Positions 37,779 through 45,333 of a stretch of DNA of 64,000 bases are shown one piece after another. The notes beneath the pieces were generated by a model. It saw only the letters and a program-made list of their open reading frames with translations, made no database searches and was not told where the DNA came from. The position numbers and the translations under genes are program-made. The stretch is from positions 14,298 through 78,297 of the forward strand of contig DATKJV010000047.1 of NCBI GenBank assembly GCA_035543235.1. The letters run 5' to 3'. Origin of the DNA: Anaeromyxobacteraceae bacterium (lineage in GTDB: Bacteria; Myxococcota; Myxococcia; Myxococcales; Anaeromyxobacteraceae). The first letter of the stretch is position 1, and the number at the start of each line of letters is the position of its first letter.

Positions 37779-38833
37779 TGCGCCACCGCGAGCTGCCGCT
37801 CCCGCCCTTCTACGACCCCGCGAACTGCGGGAGCTGGTCGTACCGGCCCGACGCCGCGAAGCTCTTCCGCCTCTCCGCTCCGTGGCGCGAGGAGCACGCC
37901 GTCGCGCCGTCGGGCGACGACGCCTTCGACCTGCACCTCCTCCTCGTCGACGAGCAGAAGGACTTCTGCCTGCCCGAAGGCGCGCTCTACGTGGGGGGCC
38001 GCAGCGGCACGGGCGCCATCGACGACACGCGGCGGCTCGTCGAGTGGACCTACCACAACCTGGCGAGCGTGACGCGCATCACCGCGACGCTCGACACCCA
38101 CCTCGCCTTCCAGATCTTCTTCGCCTCCTTCTGGGTCGACCGCGCCGGGCGCCCGGTGGAGCCACACCGCGTGGTCACGGCCGCGGAGGTGCGGGACGGC
38201 ACGCTCCGGCCGAACCCCGCGGTCGCCGCCTGGCTCGCCCGGGGCGACGAGGGGTGGCTGCGGGCCGAGGTCCTCCACTACTGCGAGACGCTCGAGCGCG
38301 AGGGCAAGTACCAGCTCTACCTGTGGCCCCCTCACTGCCTCTTGGGCGGGGACGGCCACACGCTCGTGGGCGCGGTGCAGGAGGCGCGGCTCTTCCACGC
38401 GTACGTGCGGGGAGCGCAGTCCTCCACGGAGGAGAAGGGCTCGAACCCCCTCACCGAGAACTACTCTGCGCTGCGGCCCGAGGTCCTCGTGCGGCACGAC
38501 CACAAGCCGCTCGGCGAGCGGAACGCGCGGCTCGTCGACTCGCTGCTCGCCTCGGGCGCGCTCGTCGTCGCGGGTCAGGCCTCGAGCCACTGCGTGAAGA
38601 GCACCGTCGAGGATCTCCTCGAGGAGATCCGCGGCCGCGACCCGTCGCTCGCGGCCCGCGTCTACCTGCTCGTGGACTGCATGTCCCCGGTCGCGGTGCC
38701 GGACGGCCGGGGTGGCTTCATCGCCGATTTCACTCCCGACGCGGAGCGGGCGCTCGCCTCGTTCGCACGAGCCGGCGTCCACCTCGTGGGGAGCGCGGAC
38801 CCGATCCGCACCTGGCCGGGCCTCGGCGGCTGA
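37778..38833 (+). CDS. isochorismatase-family hydrolase (long nicotinamidase-like protein)
   Basis: C-terminal 351 aa of ORF 36239..38833. 'LLLVDEQKDFC', 'LDTH', 'LWPPHCL' and 'VVAGQASSHCVKSTVEDL' carry the Asp/Lys/Cys triad context. ATGA overlap with the pncB stop. Confidence 0.75.
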   Translation: MRHRELPLPPFYDPANCGSWSYRPDAAKLFRLSAPWREEHAVAPSGDDAFDLHLLLVDEQKDFCLPEGALYVGGRSGTGAIDDTRRLVEWTYHNLASVTRITATLDTHLAFQIFFASFWVDRAGRPVEPHRVVTAAEVRDGTLRPNPAVAAWLARGDEGWLRAEVLHYCETLEREGKYQLYLWPPHCLLGGDGHTLVGAVQEARLFHAYVRGAQSSTEEKGSNPLTENYSALRPEVLVRHDHKPLGERNARLVDSLLASGALVVAGQASSHCVKSTVEDLLEEIRGRDPSLAARVYLLVDCMSPVAVPDGRGGFIADFTPDAERALASFARAGVHLVGSADPIRTWPGLGG

Positions 38834-38888
38834 CCCCCATTCGGAGCCTGTCGCAGGATCTCCCACACGGCGCTACACTGCCGCACCC

Positions 38889-39458
38889 ATGCCTTCGACC
38901 GAGCCTGGTTCCGAGGGGGAGCGACCCAGGCCTCCCGGCGCCCGGGAGGCCTCGTCGCCCGACCTTCTTTCTGCCGTGTTCCAGATGGCCTACGCGAGGC
39001 TCAGGCCCCGGAGCCTGCTAGCCGCTCCGCTCGCCGCCGCTCGCTGGCTCGAGCGCGTCGACGCCCGGATCACCCGGCGCGTCGTAGGGATCGACCCCGA
39101 TATGGAACGGGTGGCCCTCGCCCGTCGGAGGTACCGGCACCTGGGGGCGGCGCTCGAGGTCTACCGGGCGGATGCGCTCGAGGCGAGGCTGCAGCCCGAG
39201 GGCGACTTCGACCTGGTGCTCGTTGCGCTTCCGGTCGATGGCCTCGCTCCGGAGCCGCTCGCTGCCCTCCTCGCAGGCTGGGTCGCGCCCGGCGGCGCCT
39301 GCGCGATCGCGGGTCCCGGGGACCCCGAGGACGGAGGCGCCCTCGCGAGTCTCCTCGCCCGGTGCGGGATGAGGCGCGCCGGCTCCTTCGGGGCGCGCCA
39401 GGCTGGGGCAGCGCCCCTCCGGGTGACGCTTCTCCGGTCGCCCGGGCGCGCGAAATAG
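38889..39458 (+). CDS. hypothetical protein, methyltransferase-like remnant without a Gly-rich SAM loop
   Basis: ATG inside ORF 38712..39458. 'RRVVGIDPDMERVALARRRY', 'GDFDLVLVALPV' and 'VAPGGACAI' resemble class I MTase motifs II-V, but no GxGxG is visible. There are more A/T-ending codons than in neighbouring genes. Confidence 0.4.
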   Translation: MPSTEPGSEGERPRPPGAREASSPDLLSAVFQMAYARLRPRSLLAAPLAAARWLERVDARITRRVVGIDPDMERVALARRRYRHLGAALEVYRADALEARLQPEGDFDLVLVALPVDGLAPEPLAALLAGWVAPGGACAIAGPGDPEDGGALASLLARCGMRRAGSFGARQAGAAPLRVTLLRSPGRAK

Positions 39459-39505
39459 CCGCGCTCCCCGGCCGTAGCTATAGAGCGACGACGACGGAGG
39501 AGACG

Positions 39506-39853
39506 ATGACCTGCCCGTACTGCCGCACCGAGAACGAGCCCGGCGCGATCCGCTGCCGGCACTGCACGAGCTGGATCGAGGCCTCGCCCCGCCGCTCCGA
39601 GTGGTACCGGGCGCGGGAGGGCCGGATGATCGCGGGCGTGTGTCGCGGCCTCTCGGACCGGTTCGGCGTGCCCGTCGCGGCGCTCCGCCTGATCCTCCTC
39701 CTCTCCATCCTTCTCGGAGGGTGGGGCATCATCCTCTACGTCGCGCTCTGGATCGCGATGCCCATCGTGCCGGCACCTGCCGCCCCGGCGCGGGACCCCA
39801 TCGTCACGCCGCCGCCTCCGCCGGCCAAGCTCGAGCCCGGCACACAGGGCTGA
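39506..39853 (+). CDS. zinc-ribbon + PspC-domain membrane protein
   Basis: ATG inside ORF 39362..39853. 'CPYCRTENEPGAIRCRHC' zinc ribbon followed by the PspC signature 'RMIAGVCRGLSDRFGVPVAALRLILLL...ILYVALWIAMP'. Confidence 0.8.
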   Translation: MTCPYCRTENEPGAIRCRHCTSWIEASPRRSEWYRAREGRMIAGVCRGLSDRFGVPVAALRLILLLSILLGGWGIILYVALWIAMPIVPAPAAPARDPIVTPPPPPAKLEPGTQG

Positions 39854-39898
39854 CGGCAGGTCCGTCGCGCGCCTCGGACCGCTTTCGACGAGGGGCAC

Positions 39899-39940
39899 GG
39901 GTCCGGTCTCGCGGACCCCTCTCTCGCACGAGCGCGAGAG
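39899..39940. terminator. two tandem GC hairpins between convergent genes
   Basis: GGGTCCG-GTCTCG-CGGACCC (39899-39918) and CTCTCGC-ACGAGC-GCGAGAG (39921-39940). They lie between the PspC stop (39853) and the stop of the last complex gene (39982). No clear U-tract. Confidence 0.35.
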
Positions 39941-39981
39941 GTCGCGTCCGCTTCCGCCGCGGCCGGGTCAGCCGGGACGAG

Positions 39982-40812
39982 TCACGGGGGGCTCGGCTCG
40001 ACGATCCCCGTGCCGGCGACGCGCAGTTCCCCGCCCGCGATCCGCCCGAGGAGCCGGAGGATCCCGTCCATGAACGTGATGGGGTGGGGCGGGCAGCCCG
40101 GCACGAAGAGGTCGACGGGGATCTCGGGAAGGCCCGGGAGGCCGTTCGCCTGCGGGGGGCTGTCGCGGAAGATGCCGCCCGAGAGCGCGCAGGCCCCGAC
40201 CGCGACAACGATGCGCGGCGCCGGCGTGGCTTCCCAGGTCTTGAGCGTGGCGAGCCGCATGTTCTCCGAGACCGGGCCCGTCACCACGATGCCGTCTGCG
40301 TGGCGGGGCGAGGCGACGAACTGGACGCCGAAGCGGGAGAGGTCGAACTGGATGTTCCCGGACGCGTTCAGCTCCGCCTCGCATCCGTTGCACCCGGCGG
40401 CGGAGATCTGGCGAAGCCGGAGCGCCCGGCCCAGCACCTTCCGCACCTGCTCGTCGAGCGCCCGGGCGAGCGTCGGTGCGTCGCCCGAGACCACGAGCTC
40501 CTCCCGGGTCCGGGCCGCGAGCCGGTAGTCCCTCGTGAAGCGGATGGCGCCGTCGGGGCAGGCCTGCTCGCAGGCGGGGCAGAAGAGGCAGCGGCCGGTG
40601 TCGAGCCGCATGGACGGCTGCCCGGGGTCGAAGATGGCCTCGGTCGGGCAGGCGTCGGCGCAGGCGTGGCAGCCGTCCCGGCAGCGCGCCGGGTCGATGG
40701 CCGGCCGGCCTCGGAAGCGCTCCGGAAACCGCGCCGGTCCGTCGGGGTAGGCGACCGTCTGCGGGCCGAAGCGCGCCCGGAAGCGGACGATCTTCACGAT
40801 GTCGTCGATCAC
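39982..40812 (-). CDS. fused 2x[4Fe-4S] ferredoxin (HycF/HyfH-like) + NuoB/HycG/HyfI-like small subunit
   Basis: GTG start (VIDDIVKIV...) overlaps the upstream TGA (GTGA). 'CRDGCHACADACP' and 'CLFCPACEQACP' clusters. NuoB-like 'ISAAGCNGCEAE', 'ASPRHADGIVVTGPV', 'VAVGACALSGG' and 'VPGCPP'. Confidence 0.85.
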   Translation of the reverse strand: MIDDIVKIVRFRARFGPQTVAYPDGPARFPERFRGRPAIDPARCRDGCHACADACPTEAIFDPGQPSMRLDTGRCLFCPACEQACPDGAIRFTRDYRLAARTREELVVSGDAPTLARALDEQVRKVLGRALRLRQISAAGCNGCEAELNASGNIQFDLSRFGVQFVASPRHADGIVVTGPVSENMRLATLKTWEATPAPRIVVAVGACALSGGIFRDSPPQANGLPGLPEIPVDLFVPGCPPHPITFMDGILRLLGRIAGGELRVAGTGIVEPSPP

Positions 40813-42329
40813 AGGTCGTGCCCGCAGTACGAGAGGTTGAAGCTCTTGTTGCACAGGGGGAAGTCGGAGATCTGCTCCCCGCGCAATGCGAGGGCGAGGC
40901 CCATCCAGTTGTGGAAGGACGGGTCCTTGAGCTTGTAGCGTGCGAAGCGGCCGTCCTCGCCGGTCGAGACGGCGTGGGTGATCTCGCCGCGCCACCCCTC
41001 CATGAGCGAGACGACGAAGCGGCCCGGGGCGGGTGCCGCGCAGGAGGTCCGAACCGGGCCCGCCGGGAGCGCGCGGAGCTCGCGGACGACGAACTCGGCG
41101 CTGCGCTCCGACTCGAGGAGGCGCACCCAGGCTCGGGCGAAGACGTCCCCCGTCTCGCCGGTGACGGTCGGGACGTGGACGAAGCGGAAGACGCCGGTCG
41201 CGTGGTCGCGGCGGACGTCCCGGGAGACGCCACACGCGCGCGCCGCCGGGCCGACGAGCCCGAGCTGGCGGCAGGCGTCGCGGGACACGACGCCGGTCCC
41301 GTCCGTCCGGTTGCGGGCCGAGGGCGAGTCGAAGAAGAGGCGCGCCGCCCCCTCCACGGACTCCCATGCCTTCGAGACCTTGTCGGCGAGGCGGGCGGCC
41401 GCGCCCGCGTCGAGGTCGAAGCGCACGCCGCCGGGCACGACCAGCCCTCGCCCGAAGCGGTTGCCGCAGACCTCCGCGAGCGCGTTCAGGAAGTCGGCGC
41501 GGAGCGCGCCGCAGTAGGAGGCGGTCGGGAGGAAGCCGACGTCGCCGGCGAGCATGCCGATGTCGCCGACGTGGTTCGCGAGCCGCTCGAGCTCGAGGGC
41601 GATCCCCCGGAGCACCGCCGCCCGGGGGGGGATCTGGCAGCCGGCGAGGGCCTCCACCGCGTTCGCGTGCGCGAGCGCGTGGCCGATCACGGTGTCCCCG
41701 GCCACGGACTCGAGCAGCGCGACGGTGCGGCGGTCGGGTCCGCGCGCGAGCATGAGCTCGACGCCGCGGTGCTGGTAGCCGAGCACGATCTCGAGGAAGA
41801 AGACGTGCTCCCCGTGGCACTGGAACCGGAAGTGGCCGGGCTCGATGATGCCCGCGTGCACGGGCCCGACCGCCACCTCGTGCACCTCCTCGCCCTCGAC
41901 CCGGAAGAAGGGGTAGTCGCCGGGGATGTTCCGGGCGGGGGTCCCGCGCCCGAAGGGGTCGATGCCGGGGACGTGCGGCGGCTCGAAGCGCACCGGCTTG
42001 AGCCACGGGTGGCCCTCCGGTCGAACGCCGAACTGCTCGTACACCTCCCGCTCGAAGAGCTGCAGGGAGGGGCACTCCGGGGTGAGCGACGGGTAGGAGG
42101 CACCGACGCGGGTGGAGAGGACGCCCAGCTTTCCCTGGGCGTCGTCGGCGAGCACGGCCGTCACCACGACGCCGCCGTCCGCGTCCCGGCGGCCGTAGAA
42201 GGCGCTCGCCCGGCCGCCGGCGGCGACGACGTCGGAGACGATCTGCTGGAAGTCCTCGAGCGCGACGACCGGGACGAGCGCGGCGTCCACCGCCTCGGCG
42301 TTCCAGACCTGCAGCACGCGGGACGGCAT
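40809..42329 (-). CDS. HycE/HyfG-like (NuoC-NuoD fusion) large subunit lacking the [NiFe] cysteine ligands
   Basis: ATG (MPSRVLQVWNAEAV...) inside ORF 40809..43709. NuoC-like 'LQLFEREVYEQFGVRPEGHPWLKP'. NuoD/large-subunit 'GPVHAGIIEPGHFRFQCHGEHV', 'LGYQHRGVE' and 'ELERLANHVGD'. The L1 position reads 'ESVAGDTVIGH' and the C-terminus reads 'SFNLSYCGHDL'-stop. Confidence 0.9.
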   Translation of the reverse strand: MPSRVLQVWNAEAVDAALVPVVALEDFQQIVSDVVAAGGRASAFYGRRDADGGVVVTAVLADDAQGKLGVLSTRVGASYPSLTPECPSLQLFEREVYEQFGVRPEGHPWLKPVRFEPPHVPGIDPFGRGTPARNIPGDYPFFRVEGEEVHEVAVGPVHAGIIEPGHFRFQCHGEHVFFLEIVLGYQHRGVELMLARGPDRRTVALLESVAGDTVIGHALAHANAVEALAGCQIPPRAAVLRGIALELERLANHVGDIGMLAGDVGFLPTASYCGALRADFLNALAEVCGNRFGRGLVVPGGVRFDLDAGAAARLADKVSKAWESVEGAARLFFDSPSARNRTDGTGVVSRDACRQLGLVGPAARACGVSRDVRRDHATGVFRFVHVPTVTGETGDVFARAWVRLLESERSAEFVVRELRALPAGPVRTSCAAPAPGRFVVSLMEGWRGEITHAVSTGEDGRFARYKLKDPSFHNWMGLALALRGEQISDFPLCNKSFNLSYCGHDL

Positions 42330-42331
42330 GG

Positions 42332-43765
42332 CTAGCTCCCCCCCACGAGCGCGGCAGCGGAACGGAACAGCGCCGAGAGCGGCCCGGGCAGCCAGAGGCC
42401 GAGCGCGAGGACGGAGGCGAGGAGCGCGAGCGGCGGCCCGGCGGTGAGCCAGCTGTCGCGGAAGTCGGGCCGGTCCGGGGCACCCCGGTCGTCTCCCTGG
42501 ACCACCCGGAGGACCGTCGCGCCCATGCCGATGAAGACCACCGCGAGGAAGAGCAGGAAGAGGCCGCCCACGACGTATCGTCCCTTTCCGAGCGCGCCGT
42601 TCAGGATCAGGAACTCGCTCCAGAACGGGCTGAACGGGGGCGTGCCGGTCACGGCGAGGAACCCGGCCAGGAAGAGGGGGCCCGACAGCGGCAGCCGCCG
42701 GCTCGCCCCGCGGACCTCGTCGACCCGCTTCGAGCCGTAGGCCCGGTGGATGTTGCCGGCGGTGAGGAACAGGACCCCCTTCGCGAGCCCGTTGTTGAGC
42801 ACGTGGTAGAAGGCGCCGAAGACGGCGCCCCCGCCCAGGCCGAGCCCGATGGCGAGGATGCCCATGTGCTCGACGCTCGAGTACGCGAGCATGCGCTTGA
42901 AGTCCCGCTGCCCGGCCATGAACACGGCGGCGAGCGCCATGGAGAGGAGCCCGAGGCCGATGAGCGCGTCGCAGGCGAATGCGCCCTCGCCGGCGGCCCG
43001 GGCCACCTGGTAGACGCGGAAGACGGACAGGAAGGCGATGTTCGTCACGCCGCCCGCGAGCAGCGCGCCGAGGATCCCGGGAGCCTCCCCGTAGGCGTCG
43101 GGCTTCCACGAGTGCAGCGGGGCGAGCCCCATCTTCGTCCCGTAGCCGACGAGGAGGAAGACGAAGGCCGCCCGCACCCATGGCTTCGAGAGCTCGGGCC
43201 CCGACTCCACGAGCGCGCCGAGCAAGAGGGAGCGGGGTCCGCCCGGCCCGGCCCCCGAGAGGGCGACGAAGAAGGTGCCGAGGAGCGCGAGCGCGATCCC
43301 GAGCGAGGAGACGAGCAGGTACTTCCAGGCCGCCTCGAGCGAGCGGGCGTTCCGGTTGAAGTAGATGAGGGGCGCCGTCGCGAGCGTCGTGATCTCGATC
43401 GCCACCCAGAGGATGCCGAGGTGCTGGGCGAGCCCCACCACGGTCATGGCCGCGAGGAGCCCGAGGAGGCCGGAGACGAAGACCCGGTTGTCCTTCTCGG
43501 CGCGGCGTCGCAGGTAGCCCTGGGCGTACACGGCGGTCGCGAGGAAGAGGGCGCTCGCCGTCGTGAGGACGACCTTCCCGGCGGCGTCGAGGAAGAGCAG
43601 GCCCTCGAGGAGCGGCGGCTCCGGCCGGAGCCAGAGGAGAGCCATGCACGTGGCGTGGGCGAGGGCGCCCGCGAGGAGGAGGTACGGCCGGCTCCTCTGA
43701 GCGGGCCACGCGAAGGCCGCAGCGGCGAGGGCGAGCGGGACGAGGACGAGGAGCGCGGCGACCAC
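42332..43765 (-). CDS. HyfF/NuoN-like antiporter-type membrane subunit
   Basis: GTG start (VVAALLVLVPL...) 2 nt after the upstream TAG, inside ORF 42332..44584. 'GYGTKMGLAPLHSWKPDAYGEAP', 'RMLAYSSVEHMG' and about 14 TM segments. Confidence 0.8.
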   Translation of the reverse strand: MVAALLVLVPLALAAAAFAWPAQRSRPYLLLAGALAHATCMALLWLRPEPPLLEGLLFLDAAGKVVLTTASALFLATAVYAQGYLRRRAEKDNRVFVSGLLGLLAAMTVVGLAQHLGILWVAIEITTLATAPLIYFNRNARSLEAAWKYLLVSSLGIALALLGTFFVALSGAGPGGPRSLLLGALVESGPELSKPWVRAAFVFLLVGYGTKMGLAPLHSWKPDAYGEAPGILGALLAGGVTNIAFLSVFRVYQVARAAGEGAFACDALIGLGLLSMALAAVFMAGQRDFKRMLAYSSVEHMGILAIGLGLGGGAVFGAFYHVLNNGLAKGVLFLTAGNIHRAYGSKRVDEVRGASRRLPLSGPLFLAGFLAVTGTPPFSPFWSEFLILNGALGKGRYVVGGLFLLFLAVVFIGMGATVLRVVQGDDRGAPDRPDFRDSWLTAGPPLALLASVLALGLWLPGPLSALFRSAAALVGGS

Positions 43766-43767
43766 GG

Positions 43768-44415
43768 CTAGTCCTTGAGCGACGCCATGGCGTCGGTGTC
43801 GAGGGAGGCGAACTCCCGGTTGATCTGGAAGATGACGATGCCCATCACGAAGACCGCCGCGAGGAGGTCGAGGAGCACGCCGGCCTCCACCATCACCGGC
43901 ATGAAGTCGGTGAGCAGGAGGCCGAAGACGAACACCCCGTTCTCGAGAACGAGGAAGCCGAGCACCTGGGTGACGGCCTTCCTCCGGCTGACGACGAGGA
44001 GCAGCCCCGTCCAGACCGTCGCGAGCGCCGTCGGGACGAGGAAGGTGTGCATCTCGGGGGTGGGGAGCGGGAGCCCCCGCGAGAACGCGAAGGCGAGCGC
44101 GACGCCCGCGCCCCCGAGCAGCAGAGAGGGGACGTATCCGACGATGGGCTCCACCTCCCGCCGGATGGCTGCCTCGCGAATGGCCCGGAACATCAGCCAG
44201 GGGATGAAGAAGGCCTTGATGACGAGCGCCCCCCCGGCGACGAGCAGCACGTGCCCGATGTCGTGGGACGGAGATCCGAGCATGAGCGCGAGCGCGGAGA
44301 GGAGGGCTCCCTGGAGCGCGACCGCCCGGATCGCCGCTCCCAGCCGGCTCGAGGCGAGCACGAACAGGTTCACGACGACCACCAGGATGAAGGTCATGTC
44401 GATCCAGGAGGCCAT
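43768..44415 (-). CDS. HyfE-like membrane subunit
   Basis: ATG (MASWIDMTFILVVVVNLFVL...) inside ORF 43768..45153. 215 aa and about 7 TM segments. 'GFLVLENGVFVFGL' is typical of HyfE/NuoK-like subunits. Confidence 0.8.
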   Translation of the reverse strand: MASWIDMTFILVVVVNLFVLASSRLGAAIRAVALQGALLSALALMLGSPSHDIGHVLLVAGGALVIKAFFIPWLMFRAIREAAIRREVEPIVGYVPSLLLGGAGVALAFAFSRGLPLPTPEMHTFLVPTALATVWTGLLLVVSRRKAVTQVLGFLVLENGVFVFGLLLTDFMPVMVEAGVLLDLLAAVFVMGIVIFQINREFASLDTDAMASLKD

Positions 44416-44417
44416 GG

Positions 44418-45332
44418 TCACCGGAGCAGGAGGACGAGGGCGAAGGTGGAAAGCACGGAGGCGCCGACGAGCATCTGGGGCACGCGGGTGAGGCGGAGCC
44501 GCGCCATGACGCTCTCCACGGCCCCGACGAGCACGGCGAAGCCGAGGAGGCCGGCCAGGAACGCGGCCTCGGCCGCGACGCCACCCGCCCCGGGAAGGCC
44601 GCCGAAGGCGAGGCGCGCGACGACAGCGGCGAAGAGGAAGAGCTTCATCGAGGCCCCGTAGAGGATCATGGCGAAGTCGGGGCCGGAGTGGTCGAGCACC
44701 ATCACCTCGTGAATCATGGTGAGCTCGAGGTGCGTGTTCGGGTCGTCCACGGGGATGCGGGCGTTCTCGGCGAGAGCGACGACGAACAGCGCGATCGCGG
44801 AGAGCAGGAGCGCCGGGGCCGCATCGTGCCAGGCCGGGCCGAGCGCGGGACCCAGCATGCCGGAGAGCGAGAGGGTCCCGGTCGCGCGGGCGAGCACCAC
44901 GAAGCAGAGGAAGAGCGCCGGCTCCGCGATGCTCGCGAAGGAAACCTCGCGCGCCGCTCCCATGCCCTCGAAGGAGGACCCGGTGTCGAGCGCCGCGAGC
45001 GCCGTGAAGAAGCGCCCCAGGGCCAGCAGATACGCGAAGAGCAGGAAGTCGCCGCGAAAGCCCACGGCGGCGCGGCCGCCGGCGATCGGCAGGAGGAGCC
45101 CCGCGAGGAAGACCGCCGCGAGCCCCACCGCCGGGCCTGCCCGGAACACCCACGTCGTCGTCCGGCTGTAGACGGCGCCCTTTCGCACGAGCTTCCCGAG
45201 GTCGTAGTACGGCTGCAGGAGCGGAGGGCCTCGCCTGCCCGCGAAGAGGGCCTTCACCCGATTCACCACGCCGAGCAGGAGCGGCGGGGCGAGGAGCAGG
45301 AGACCGAGATGGAAGAGGACGTGGAGGACCAT
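44418..45332 (-). CDS. HycD/HyfC/NuoH-like membrane subunit
   Basis: ATG (MVLHVLFHLGLLLLAPPLLLGVVNRVKALFAGRRGPPLLQPYYDL...) inside ORF 44418..45857. 'LDTGSSFEGMGAAREV', 'DDPNTHLELTMIHEVMVLDHSGPDF' and 'ESVMARLRL' align by eye along E. coli HycD. Confidence 0.9.
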   Translation of the reverse strand: MVLHVLFHLGLLLLAPPLLLGVVNRVKALFAGRRGPPLLQPYYDLGKLVRKGAVYSRTTTWVFRAGPAVGLAAVFLAGLLLPIAGGRAAVGFRGDFLLFAYLLALGRFFTALAALDTGSSFEGMGAAREVSFASIAEPALFLCFVVLARATGTLSLSGMLGPALGPAWHDAAPALLLSAIALFVVALAENARIPVDDPNTHLELTMIHEVMVLDHSGPDFAMILYGASMKLFLFAAVVARLAFGGLPGAGGVAAEAAFLAGLLGFAVLVGAVESVMARLRLTRVPQMLVGASVLSTFALVLLLR

Positions 45333-45333
45333 G

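Noticed and set aside
38712-38888. Longer N-terminal extension of the 38889..39458 ORF
   Set aside because: It overlaps the 3' end of the nicotinamidase-like gene out of frame, and its composition is Ser/Arg/Pro-rich junk.
40809-42329. Calling the large subunit a bona fide [NiFe] hydrogenase / formate hydrogenlyase (HycE/HyfG)
   Set aside because: No CxxC ligand pair is present at either conserved position, there is no C-terminal processing extension, and no hyp, hycI or fdh genes lie nearby. The homology is structural, not functional.
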